The notes beneath the pieces are model-generated. The model ran no database searches. It was not told where the DNA came from and worked only from the letters and a program-made list of their open reading frames with translations. A stretch of DNA of 64,000 nucleotides from an uncultured archaeon (GTDB lineage: Archaea; Micrarchaeota; Micrarchaeia; Micrarchaeales; CABMGC01): NCBI GenBank assembly GCA_963787445.1, contig CAWBCT010000005.1:416001-480000 (forward strand). Direction: 5' to 3'. A program made the position numbers and the translations under genes. Below are positions 1 through 8,510 of the stretch, piece after piece. How positions within the stretch are numbered: the stretch's first letter is position 1; each line of letters begins with the position of its first letter.

Positions 1-113
1 CCCTTGGCTGCGATTTTTGAAAAGCCAGGGAGTCTGCCGCCCTTTCCAAGCTCTTTTATAAGCCAAAGCGGGGCCGCATCGATGCCTATCAGATAAAGGG
101 TCTTACGCTCGAT
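1..113 (-). CDS. Alkaline phosphatase superfamily / nucleotide pyrophosphatase-phosphodiesterase, N-terminal part (runs off window start)
   Basis: Manual translation of the minus strand gives ERKTLYLIGIDAAPLWLIKELGKGGRLPGFSKIAAKG, matching the typical N-terminal L-I-G-I-D-x-A...LP-x-F motif. No canonical start codon is visible nearby, so the start coordinate is uncertain. Confidence 0.55.
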   Translation of the reverse strand, partial: MERKTLYLIGIDAAPLWLIKELGKGGRLPGFSKIAAK

Positions 114-192
114 GAAATCTACCTTTACCTCTTCATGGTTTAAGAAGGTATTTATATCTAAACAGCGTATATTACTAGTTGTAGGTATCTCT

Positions 193-927
193 ATGGCTTC
201 GCGTCGTCCAACTAAAAAAATAGCCCGAAAGAAACCCGTTCATAGGAAGCATGAGCGTGTGAAGGTTCATGCCAAAAGGCATGCTGCCAGGCATCAGGTC
301 TCCAGGAAGATAATTAAACGTGTTAAGCGCGTTCCGCACCGGAAGGTTGCGAAACCCATCAAGGTGAGGAAGGAAACGGCGCGGGAGATCCGCAAGAAGC
401 TGGAGGCGAAGGAGAGCCTTGAGGCCTCGATGAAGGCCATAGATAGGACCAGGGAGATAATTTCAGACGGTGTTTTCAAAGAGCATCTTTCAAAAAACGT
501 TGGGGGTGGGGCGGGGGCGATAGTGAACGCCCTTCTCGAGGGGCCGCTGGCCGACGAGAAACTTTCCGAGGCTCTCGGCATAAAGCCCAACGAGACAAGG
601 CGCGTTCTTAATGTCCTGAACAGCTACGGCATTGTGCGCTACAACATCAACAAGGACAGCAACGGCTGGCTCACGTTCATCTGGTACATCGACCACGACT
701 CGGTCATCACAGTGAGGGATCAGCTGCAGAAGAGCATAGAGGCGAAGAGGGCCCTTCCAGAGGACTGCAACGACTTCTTCGCATGCCCAAGCTGCTCTGC
801 AAAGCATGCTGCGGTGCTTCCGTTCACGGATGCGTTCGAGGCCCTGTTCAAGTGTTCGTGCGGCAAGAGCCTGAAAAGGGTCAGCAAGGAGGAGGCGGAG
901 AACATTTACAACTCCCCAGTAAGCTAA
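193..927 (+). CDS. tfe: Transcription factor E (TFE/TFIIE alpha) with long Lys/Arg/His-rich N-terminal extension
   Basis: wHTH region DEKLSEALGIKPNETRRVLNVL..GIV.Y...D.NGWLTFIW and Zn ribbon FFACPSC...FKCSCG. ATG 193 preferred over 112. Confidence 0.85.
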   Translation: MASRRPTKKIARKKPVHRKHERVKVHAKRHAARHQVSRKIIKRVKRVPHRKVAKPIKVRKETAREIRKKLEAKESLEASMKAIDRTREIISDGVFKEHLSKNVGGGAGAIVNALLEGPLADEKLSEALGIKPNETRRVLNVLNSYGIVRYNINKDSNGWLTFIWYIDHDSVITVRDQLQKSIEAKRALPEDCNDFFACPSCSAKHAAVLPFTDAFEALFKCSCGKSLKRVSKEEAENIYNSPVS

Positions 928-974
928 TCCCAGGCGTGCCGTATTTATAAGTTTAGGGTTAATTCTAGAAACAT

Positions 975-1049
975 AGCGAGGTAGGGTAGCTCGGAGTGCC
1001 CGTCGGGCTCATAACCCGAAGACCGGTGGTTCAAATCCACCCCTCGCTA
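975..1049 (+). tRNA. tRNA-Met(CAU), initiator
   Basis: Cloverleaf AGCGAGG...CCTCGCT-A, A1:U72 pair, anticodon arm TCGGG-CTCATAA-CCCGA with three G-C pairs, T-loop TTCAAAT. Confidence 0.95.
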
Positions 1050-1058
1050 TACCCCATG

Positions 1059-1153
1059 GTTCCACTAATAAAATAAGGCTGTTCCAACAAAGTATTGGAA
1101 TTATTAAAAATTAATATTTTATATATTATATAAGGACCGCCGAATAGTGGAAC
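1059..1153. other. Candidate replication origin (ORB-like inverted repeats flanking an A/T-only unwinding element)
   Basis: GTTCCACTA 1059-1067 and its inverse TAGTGGAAC 1145-1153, extra GTTCCAA 1081 / TTGGAA 1095, pure A/T tract 1099-1133, next to the GINS gene. Confidence 0.5.
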
Positions 1154-1170
1154 TGCACCCCGGTGCTCAT

Positions 1171-1632
1171 GTGAATGACGATGACATTTTAGAAAAACTT
1201 TACTCCCAACTTACGGAAGAGAGGAAGAGCGGTGAACTGGTGCCTCTACCCTCTGGATTCTATGCCAGCACGGCAAATACCACCGGCCTTAAAACCGAAG
1301 ACGTAGAGAGGATAAGGTCAAACAAAGACAAGCTATTAAATACTTTAAAAACAATACGTTTACAGAAGATCCTGATCTATTTGGCGTACAACAGGCAGCT
1401 GCCAAACCAGATGCCCGAAGAGGAGGAAAAGCTTTATAAGAAACTCAAGGCAACAATAGAAGAGGAGAAAGGGATAGCCCAGGAAACGGTAACGATCCTG
1501 GCCGACCTTCCGGAAGTGATCTCTCCGGATGGGAGCAAGCTCGGCCCCTACAGGAAAGGAGAGACCATAGCAACAACACCCAACGAACTGGCATTCATAC
1601 TGAAAAACAAGATAGGAGAACAAACGAGGTAA
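1171..1632 (+). CDS. DNA replication complex GINS family protein (Gins51-like)
   Basis: EERKSGELVPLP..FY, RLQKI, C-terminal B domain DLPEVI..DG.KLGPY.KG. Located upstream of rpl44e as in the conserved archaeal cluster. GTG 1171 follows a GGTG SD-like motif. Confidence 0.8.
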   Translation: MNDDDILEKLYSQLTEERKSGELVPLPSGFYASTANTTGLKTEDVERIRSNKDKLLNTLKTIRLQKILIYLAYNRQLPNQMPEEEEKLYKKLKATIEEEKGIAQETVTILADLPEVISPDGSKLGPYRKGETIATTPNELAFILKNKIGEQTR

Positions 1633-1636
1633 TCTT

Positions 1637-1918
1637 ATGAAGATAGCAAAAGACATAAACGCGTACTGCCCCTACTGCAACAAACACACACCGCACCTAG
1701 TGAAGAACGTACAGAAGAGCAAGCAGCGCGGACTGAGCAAGGCCACCAGGAGGCACAACCGCGCAATTCGCGGGTATGTGGGAAGCGTAGAGCTCAAGCT
1801 GCACCCGAAGAAGCTCGGCAAGCGCCAGAAGGTTCTCCTTGAGTGCAAGACCTGCAAGAAATCCGTCGAACGCGTATTTGGAAAGAGGACAAAGAAGAAG
1901 CTTGAGATAAAGCGGTGA
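1637..1918 (+). CDS. rpl44e: 50S ribosomal protein L44e
   Basis: YCPYCNKHT.H and LECKTCKK zinc ribbon, basic, 93 aa. Confidence 0.95.
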   Translation: MKIAKDINAYCPYCNKHTPHLVKNVQKSKQRGLSKATRRHNRAIRGYVGSVELKLHPKKLGKRQKVLLECKTCKKSVERVFGKRTKKKLEIKR

Positions 1919-1922
1919 ACGC

Positions 1923-2693
1923 GTGATAGTAAAAAAGACGCTGCCTGCGGACAAGGAACTAGTCCTCGTTAAGATAACGAAAATCCTGCCCCACGGCGCC
2001 TACTGCACGCTTACGGACTACAACCTCGACGCATACCTGCCCATATCGGAGATAGCCTCCGGTTGGATCAAGAACATACACGAGTTCATAAAGGAGGGCC
2101 AGAAGGATGTCGCCCGCGTAATCTCTGTGGACCGCGAGAAGAACGTGGTGGACGTTTCGCTGAAGAAGGTCACCAAGAAGGAGCGGGAAGACAAGATCTC
2201 GGAGCAGAACACGGAAAAAAGGTCGGAGATGCTCTTCGAGCAGTCGCTCAAGCTTTCGAACACGCTAGAGAAAAAGGAAAAGATAAAGGAAGAGCTGCTC
2301 ACAAAGGTCGAGAGCTATTCGGAACTGGTCAGCAAGGTCGCGGAGAACAAAGAGTTCCTCTCCTTCTTGAAAAACAAGCCGTTCGCCGACGCCTTTACCG
2401 AAACCGTGATCAAGAACATAAAGCCAAAGCACTACGAGGTCTCCTACCTGGTGGAGCTCAGGAGCATAAACTCCCGCTCGGGAATAACGACCATCAAAAA
2501 GATATTTGGAGAGATAGAGCAGATGGGTGTTAAGGTGCTGTACGTGGGTGCGCCGAGGTACCGCCTGAGTTCTGAAGGGTCAAGCTACCCCGATGCCGAG
2601 GAGAGGATAAAAGAGGCAAGGAAGACCCTGGACGCAAACTCAAAAAGCATTGCGTACACAATAAAAGCCGAGAAATTGCCCAACAACAACTGA
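1923..2693 (+). CDS. eif2a: Translation initiation factor 2 alpha subunit
   Basis: S1 domain with YLPISEIASGWIKNI, VDVSLKKV, and C-terminal YVGAPRYR. Confidence 0.95.
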   Translation: MIVKKTLPADKELVLVKITKILPHGAYCTLTDYNLDAYLPISEIASGWIKNIHEFIKEGQKDVARVISVDREKNVVDVSLKKVTKKEREDKISEQNTEKRSEMLFEQSLKLSNTLEKKEKIKEELLTKVESYSELVSKVAENKEFLSFLKNKPFADAFTETVIKNIKPKHYEVSYLVELRSINSRSGITTIKKIFGEIEQMGVKVLYVGAPRYRLSSEGSSYPDAEERIKEARKTLDANSKSIAYTIKAEKLPNNN

Positions 2694-2697
2694 TTGC

Positions 2698-3459
2698 ATG
2701 AAGAAAACAAAAATATTTTACGATAAAAAGCAGAAGCTTAAGGATCCTGTGCTGTTGGTCGGACTGCCGGGCATAGGAAACGTGGGCAGCCTTGTCGCAG
2801 AGCACATCAAGAACGAGCTTGGCGCCAAGAAGTTCGCCATACTCTATTCATCCTACTTTCCGCACCAGGCGATAATGCTGCCCAACGGCGGGCTGCGCCT
2901 GATAAGCAACAGGTTCTACCACTGCAAGAACAAGGACGGGAAGAGCATACTTCTGCTGGTTGGAGACACCCAGCCAACGACCACGACCGGCCAGTACGCG
3001 GTAAACGAGAGGGTGATCAGGTTCTTCAAGTCCATGGGCGGCAAGACAATTTACACCATAGGCGGGTACAGCGCAACAAACCAGTACGTCCATCATCCCA
3101 AGGTCTTTGGAGTGACAAACGACCCCAAGGTTAGGAAGAAGCTCGAGGATGCAGGAATAGTATTCGGCAAGGCAGGCGGAGCCATCTGGGGCGCGGCAGG
3201 ACTGATCCCGGCCCTCTCCAAGCGCCAGGGGATAAGCAGCGCCTGCATAATGGGCGAGACCGGCATGATAGAGATTGACGCCAATGCGGCCAAGGTGGTC
3301 CTGGAGCACGTAAAGGGCGTGCTGAACATAGACCTGAAGATGAACAACCTTGACAAGATAAAGAAGGAGACCGAGAAGCTGCTCAAGGACATGGAGGAGG
3401 CGCAGAAGATGCAGGAAGGCCAGCCGCCCTCAAAGGACAACGTCACCTATATAAGGTAA
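2698..3459 (+). CDS. PAC2 family proteasome assembly chaperone
   Basis: GLPGIGNVG, GDTQP, IYTIGGY, IWGAAGL, ACIMGET motifs; conserved position after aIF2a. Confidence 0.9.
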   Translation: MKKTKIFYDKKQKLKDPVLLVGLPGIGNVGSLVAEHIKNELGAKKFAILYSSYFPHQAIMLPNGGLRLISNRFYHCKNKDGKSILLLVGDTQPTTTTGQYAVNERVIRFFKSMGGKTIYTIGGYSATNQYVHHPKVFGVTNDPKVRKKLEDAGIVFGKAGGAIWGAAGLIPALSKRQGISSACIMGETGMIEIDANAAKVVLEHVKGVLNIDLKMNNLDKIKKETEKLLKDMEEAQKMQEGQPPSKDNVTYIR

Positions 3460-4139
3460 AGGAGCCGCAGGAGCACGAAAAGCAGCAGCGAGAACAGCGC
3501 CGCGAAGCCCGCGCAGGCAACATTCGTGGTGAACTTGCTTCCGATCCCTTTATTCTCATAATACCCAAAGAGAGAATCAACCACGTCCCCAAACATACCT
3601 GCGATGATTATCAGCACTAATGCAACAATTCCTAGTCCAAAGAGGAAACCCACGCCGGCGATAAGGGCGGCACCAAGGAGACCGGCAGCAAAACCCAACA
3701 CCGAGACCCCGCCAGAGACCCCCGGGCGCACCCTATCCCTGCCTATGAGCATGAAGACGTGCTTGTCAAGAATTCCTATCTCGCTTGAGAACTTGTCTGC
3801 AGTGATCGCCGCAACGCTCGCCAGGAAAGCAACCGTAAGCGCAAGGCTCCCAAAACCGTACAGCAAATAACACAGGAAGTAAAGGAAAGCGACGAAGAGC
3901 GGGACCGAGCCGTTGGCCAAAACGTTCTTCCAGCCCCTGCTCGGCTCGTACACTCCCAGGGCTGATTTTCGGTTGATTTTAACCCTTGTGACCACCGCAG
4001 AAACCACCAGGAAGAAGAGCATCCCCAGGAAAAACAACAGGGCGTTCGCTCCGCCAAAGAACAACAGCAAGATTCCGAGGACAACCGCTACCGCGACGCC
4101 CCTCCAATCAAGCGTAAAAACCGTTCTCATAAAAACCAT
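3447..4139 (-). CDS. DUF92 (TMEM19-like) membrane protein
   Basis: RGWKNVLANG, ADKFSSEIG, PGVSGGVS..G, DSLFG motifs; multiple TM segments. Confidence 0.85.
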   Translation of the reverse strand: MVFMRTVFTLDWRGVAVAVVLGILLLFFGGANALLFFLGMLFFLVVSAVVTRVKINRKSALGVYEPSRGWKNVLANGSVPLFVAFLYFLCYLLYGFGSLALTVAFLASVAAITADKFSSEIGILDKHVFMLIGRDRVRPGVSGGVSVLGFAAGLLGAALIAGVGFLFGLGIVALVLIIIAGMFGDVVDSLFGYYENKGIGSKFTTNVACAGFAALFSLLLFVLLRLLYLI

Positions 4140-4210
4140 GAATTTGAAATATTCCGCTATTTCCAAAGCTTTATAAATCTACTTTTTGTTAATAATATTA
4201 CGTTTTCTAT

Positions 4211-4307
4211 ATAAGGAAGAGTATACTGGTCGCCTTGCTGGCGCACTCGCGTGTGCTAGCCTCTTCCTTATCATCAATCATCAGCCCAGCAAGCCGTTCG
4301 TATCCCA
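4211..4307. ncRNA. Candidate structured (pseudoknotted) non-coding RNA between DUF92 and radA
   Basis: Interleaved complementary blocks 4211-4221/4261-4271 (11 bp) and 4234-4241/4286-4293 (8 bp), plus an internal hairpin 4241-4256. Confidence 0.4.
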
Positions 4308-4373
4308 TTTGCTAACTGTTTATTTATATCTTTCTTTGCCTATTACTATTGTAAACCGATTTCTGGTGATGGG

Positions 4374-5324
4374 ATGGCAAAAGAGAAGAGCATCAAGGAG
4401 ATAGAGGACCTGCCGGGGATAGGTCCCACGACCGCCGAGAAGCTCAAGGAGACCGGCCACGGCACGCTTGATGACATAGCCGCCCTCAGTCCGCACGAGC
4501 TAGCAGAACTGACAGGCATGAGCGTGGACAAGTCAAAGGAGGCCGTGGCCGCGGCAAAACAGGCCTCTGTGCTCGAATTCAGCACAGGCTCCCAGGTGTA
4601 CGAGGAGCGGAAGACCGTAGGGCGCATTTCAACCGGGTCGAAGGACCTCGACGAGCTCCTTGGGGGAGGAGTGGAGGCAAAGGGCATAACAGAGGCTTAC
4701 GGCAAGTTCGCCTCGGGCAAGACACAACTCGGGTTCCAGCTGTCGGTCAACGTCCAGCTCCCGGTTGGCAAGGGCGGCATGGCAGGCAAGGTGCTGTTCA
4801 TAGACACAGAGGGCACCTTCCGGCCGGAGCGCATAGAGGCCATCGCAAAGGCCGCTGACCTGAACCCCGAGGAGACGCTTTCAAACATCCTTGTCGTGCG
4901 CGCCAACAACACGCAGCAGCAGATACTCTCCATAGAGAAGGCCGACAAGACAATAAGGGAGAACAACGTCAAGCTTGTTGTCATAGACTCGATGATGGCG
5001 CTGTTCCGCTCCGAGTTTCCCGGAAGGGGTGCGTTAGGGGAGAGGCAGCAGAAGCTCAACTCCCACGTTCACAAGCTCCAGCAGATAGCGGACACGCACA
5101 ACCTCGCGGTTTACATAACGAACCAGGTGATGGACAATCCTGGCATCCTGTTCGGCGATCCCACGACTCCGGTAGGCGGCAACATCATCGCCCATGCGGC
5201 GACCACCCGCCTCTACTTCAGGAAGAGCAAGGAGGACAAGCGCATCATACGCCTTGTGGACTCGCCAAGCATGCCCGAGGGCGAGGCCGTGATGAAGATA
5301 ACGCCTAATGGGATTAAAGATTGA
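4374..5324 (+). CDS. radA: DNA repair and recombination protein RadA
   Basis: HhH DLPGIGP, Walker A GKFASGKTQ, FIDTEGTFRPER, LVVIDS, TNQV; no intein. Confidence 0.97.
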   Translation: MAKEKSIKEIEDLPGIGPTTAEKLKETGHGTLDDIAALSPHELAELTGMSVDKSKEAVAAAKQASVLEFSTGSQVYEERKTVGRISTGSKDLDELLGGGVEAKGITEAYGKFASGKTQLGFQLSVNVQLPVGKGGMAGKVLFIDTEGTFRPERIEAIAKAADLNPEETLSNILVVRANNTQQQILSIEKADKTIRENNVKLVVIDSMMALFRSEFPGRGALGERQQKLNSHVHKLQQIADTHNLAVYITNQVMDNPGILFGDPTTPVGGNIIAHAATTRLYFRKSKEDKRIIRLVDSPSMPEGEAVMKITPNGIKD

Positions 5325-5328
5325 AAGT

Positions 5329-6306
5329 TCATCTATCAATCCGCTTTGCGTACAACAGGCCGTTAGTCATCTTAAACCTCTCCACATAACAGTTTATGCT
5401 CTTTCTCGGTCCATTGTGCCAGACCTCAAAACCAGCACCCTCCAGCCATTTCTCCAGGTTCAGATACCCATAATGGTACTCCATTATTATACTCTTAAAA
5501 TGGCGAAGAGTTTCAACACTGGATTTTTCTATGATACCATATTCATAACCCTCACAATCCATTTTTAATACCACATCCCCAAGATTTATTTTTTTGATGA
5601 TATTGGCAAGGGTCTCAATCCTAATCTTCTCACCATTTTCAAAATTCCTTAGGTTGCTACCCCCTGTACTGTTATATTCCGGGTCCAGATTCACACTCCC
5701 TTTGTCACCACCGCAAGCCTCGTTGTAAATATCGATCTTCCCACCTAACTTATTGAGTTGTATGTTCTTCTTTGCAAGTCTATATGAGTGTGGATATGGT
5801 TCAAAGCAATACACATGCTTTGCACCCCTAAGTGCGAAATATATTGCCGTATCACCTATGTGTGCACCTATATCCAATACTGTTTCCCCTTTAACCTGAA
5901 TTTTGCCATATTCATCACCAAGAAATATGGACTTGATTGCCGAGACGGCACCCAACCTTTGCATGCCTGTTTCATAATGGAGCTTCACATCATGGCCCAC
6001 AAAACCGAACACAACCTCACTTTTCCCAATGCGTATGGGTGCCTTCAGTGACTTTACCAGACTCTCCTGCACCTCAGGACGTTCAAGCACAGTAAGAAGG
6101 TCGTTGAGCGTTTTAATCTTTATTTTGTAACCACTCCTGAACCTCAGCGAGAACGGCTTCTTACACCCGCCGAAGTAAAAGATCAGCACATCATACCAAT
6201 TCTGCACTACGTAAAAGAACTGGGGGGCGTCTTGCGCAAGCCTGGCTATGGAAGTAATCTTATCCACCGCAGTTATATTCTCGGCTACATCAGGCAGGCT
6301 CTCCAT
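5329..6306 (-). CDS. FkbM family methyltransferase
   Basis: VLDIGAHIGD, CFEP, LKMDCEGYE motifs. Confidence 0.9.
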   Translation of the reverse strand: MESLPDVAENITAVDKITSIARLAQDAPQFFYVVQNWYDVLIFYFGGCKKPFSLRFRSGYKIKIKTLNDLLTVLERPEVQESLVKSLKAPIRIGKSEVVFGFVGHDVKLHYETGMQRLGAVSAIKSIFLGDEYGKIQVKGETVLDIGAHIGDTAIYFALRGAKHVYCFEPYPHSYRLAKKNIQLNKLGGKIDIYNEACGGDKGSVNLDPEYNSTGGSNLRNFENGEKIRIETLANIIKKINLGDVVLKMDCEGYEYGIIEKSSVETLRHFKSIIMEYHYGYLNLEKWLEGAGFEVWHNGPRKSINCYVERFKMTNGLLYAKRIDR

Positions 6307-6341
6307 GGATACTCCTAGTCAAAACAATATTTTATCTCTTT

Positions 6342-7421
6342 TTAAAATGCCTGCCCCAATTTCGACCTCTTCACGAGCCTTGGCACAACCGGCAATTCCC
6401 AATACTTGAAAGTGTATGTAAGGGCGGCGAATCCAAATGCCTCAACAAACCAGATGTTTACAATCCTGAAGAAGATTGTTATTATTGAGGCAAGCCCAAA
6501 ATCTATGCCTACTCCACCAAAGAAGAGGGTAAGATAACTTATCATCGCAGCATCAGTAACACCTATGGTTGCTGGTATCCCACTCACCCATCCCAGCATC
6601 AATGAGGATGAAAACACAAATATCACCAAAGGCATAGCAGACAATGGCAGGTTGACTCCGAATGCCAGAATTACAAGGTACAATGCAATGCCATTAAGCA
6701 GTATCGCAGGCACCGTGATGATTACCGAGTAGGTGTAAGTCCATATATCTAGTCTCCCCTTATTCCGGAAGTAAAGGCGGGCGTTGTCAAAAAATGGGCG
6801 CAACCTTTTAATACCACCAAACCTTTTGCTTATAAAGTTGAACGGCCCACGGACATAAAGGAAAATGAACGGTATTGTGAGAATTATGGTTATGAAAATT
6901 GTAAGCGCAACATACTGGTTCAGGAACAATGCAGCACCTAGGCACACGATTATGAAGCCGATGAAATCAGTCAGGATGTCAACGACAATTGCAGGAAAAG
7001 TTCTGCCAAACCTTATTCCTGTCAGTTTGTTTAGCGTATATGAGACCACCCCCCTTCCCCAACGCCCTGGCGTTATTTCCATGGAATACATAGAGAGATA
7101 GATTGCCATGTTCTTTCCCATGCTTATCTTTACACCAAGTTTCTTCATGTAAAGGTCCCATTTTGGGTAACGCATCAGGTAGCTGATGAATATAACTATG
7201 AAGGAGAGACCAAAGTAAAATGGGTTTATGGAAAGCAACGAAGCAACGAACCTGTCTACACCCTCATTTAGTATTGCTAGCGCCGCTATCACCAGAAAAA
7301 CAACGAAGCTTGCGGCAAAGACCCAGAGAAGTGCATTTCGCACGTTCCTTATTCTCTTCTTGTGGTGTTCAAGGTCACCTATACTGTGTTCGTCTTTCCT
7401 AACCAATCTCTCACTTCTCAA
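6342..7421 (-). CDS. Flippase-like membrane protein (UPF0104 / lysylphosphatidylglycerol synthase TM domain)
   Basis: R..KW, ITPGRWG, PATIGVTDA, IFFRIVNIW motifs; many TM helices. Confidence 0.8.
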   Translation of the reverse strand: MRSERLVRKDEHSIGDLEHHKKRIRNVRNALLWVFAASFVVFLVIAALAILNEGVDRFVASLLSINPFYFGLSFIVIFISYLMRYPKWDLYMKKLGVKISMGKNMAIYLSMYSMEITPGRWGRGVVSYTLNKLTGIRFGRTFPAIVVDILTDFIGFIIVCLGAALFLNQYVALTIFITIILTIPFIFLYVRGPFNFISKRFGGIKRLRPFFDNARLYFRNKGRLDIWTYTYSVIITVPAILLNGIALYLVILAFGVNLPLSAMPLVIFVFSSSLMLGWVSGIPATIGVTDAAMISYLTLFFGGVGIDFGLASIITIFFRIVNIWFVEAFGFAALTYTFKYWELPVVPRLVKRSKLGQAF

Positions 7422-8448
7422 ACTTTATTATCCTCGCAACAGCTGAGGCCTTATCCCTGCACAGAAGCGCGACGTAGCTGTGGTCATGGTAATCGACCAC
7501 CTCATAGCCCGAAACCTCCGCAATCCTTTTGGCAAACTCGAGTATCTCCTCCTTCTTCGGGGTGTTTTCGTAGGAAAGCCCGCGCTTCTCGTTTCTTGCG
7601 CCTCCGACAAAAGAGAAGCCCTTCACCTCAACGTAATGCGGCCTGCCTATCCTGATAAGCTCTGCATAACCCTCAAAATCAGTCAGGCTAAGCCCCTTCA
7701 CTAGCGTCAGCCTGAAGACCCGCCTTGTCTGAAGGCCTGAAAACACACAGAGGAACTCCAGGAAGTTCTCCCATGTCGCAGTGAGGTTCTTCGGCCGAGT
7801 TATCTTCCCGTAAAGCTCCCTGTTCGGCGCCTGTATCGAGACGTAGAGCTGCGTCGGCATGACCGTTAGGCCCTTCAGCGCATTCACGAGCGTGCCATTG
7901 GTGACGAGAAAGGTACTAATCTTGTACCTGTGGAATTCCGCGAGCAGCTCGTTCATCTTCGGGTAGAAAAGCGGCTCGCCGGTGAGGCTCAGCGCCACGT
8001 GAGCCGGGTCCCGCGACTCCTCCCACCTCTTCTGGTCGACATCGGGATTGCCGCCATAGCCGCTGACGATCTTCCTGTGCTCTTCCACAAGACCCCTGAC
8101 TATCAGCTTCGGGTCGTCCCACTCGCGCATGGCGTTTATCTCGTTCCACCTGAAGCCCTCGTCCTCTGGTATTATCCTCCAGCAGAAGGTGCAGGAGAGG
8201 TTGCAGCCTATCGCGCTGGTCGCCTGGATGCAGCGCCAGCTCTTTATCCCGTAGAACTTGTGCTTGTAGCACGTAGGCCCCCCCTTGAGGCTGCCCGAAG
8301 TATAATTGCAGATCTTCGTTGCTGAGTGCCTTCCGACGAAGTGGTAGCCCTGCTTCTCCATGGTTGCTGCCAGCTCCGCGGGCACATGGGGCTTGCTCGG
8401 GAGTTTTTCCCTTTCAACAAGCAGCTCCTCCGTCTGCGCAGTAGCCAT
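7411..8448 (-). CDS. taw1: 4-demethylwyosine synthase Tyw1/Taw1 (radical SAM)
   Basis: HSATKIC, CYKHKFYGI.S.RC, CNLSCTFCWR, ALSLTGEP, FLVTNG, YVEVKG. Confidence 0.95.
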   Translation of the reverse strand: MATAQTEELLVEREKLPSKPHVPAELAATMEKQGYHFVGRHSATKICNYTSGSLKGGPTCYKHKFYGIKSWRCIQATSAIGCNLSCTFCWRIIPEDEGFRWNEINAMREWDDPKLIVRGLVEEHRKIVSGYGGNPDVDQKRWEESRDPAHVALSLTGEPLFYPKMNELLAEFHRYKISTFLVTNGTLVNALKGLTVMPTQLYVSIQAPNRELYGKITRPKNLTATWENFLEFLCVFSGLQTRRVFRLTLVKGLSLTDFEGYAELIRIGRPHYVEVKGFSFVGGARNEKRGLSYENTPKKEEILEFAKRIAEVSGYEVVDYHDHSYVALLCRDKASAVARIIKFEK

Positions 8449-8510
8449 AATAAAACCTGCTTTTTATATTATAGGTAAAGGAATATAAAACAAAACTCAC
8501 GGCAGATACG

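Noticed and set aside
4261-4290. CTGATGA / TGATGA on the minus strand, suggesting a hammerhead ribozyme, C/D box sRNA or fluoride riboswitch
   Set aside because: No stem II plus GAAA core, no terminal D box, and no upstream fluoride-aptamer GAUG stem; kept only as a generic structured RNA.
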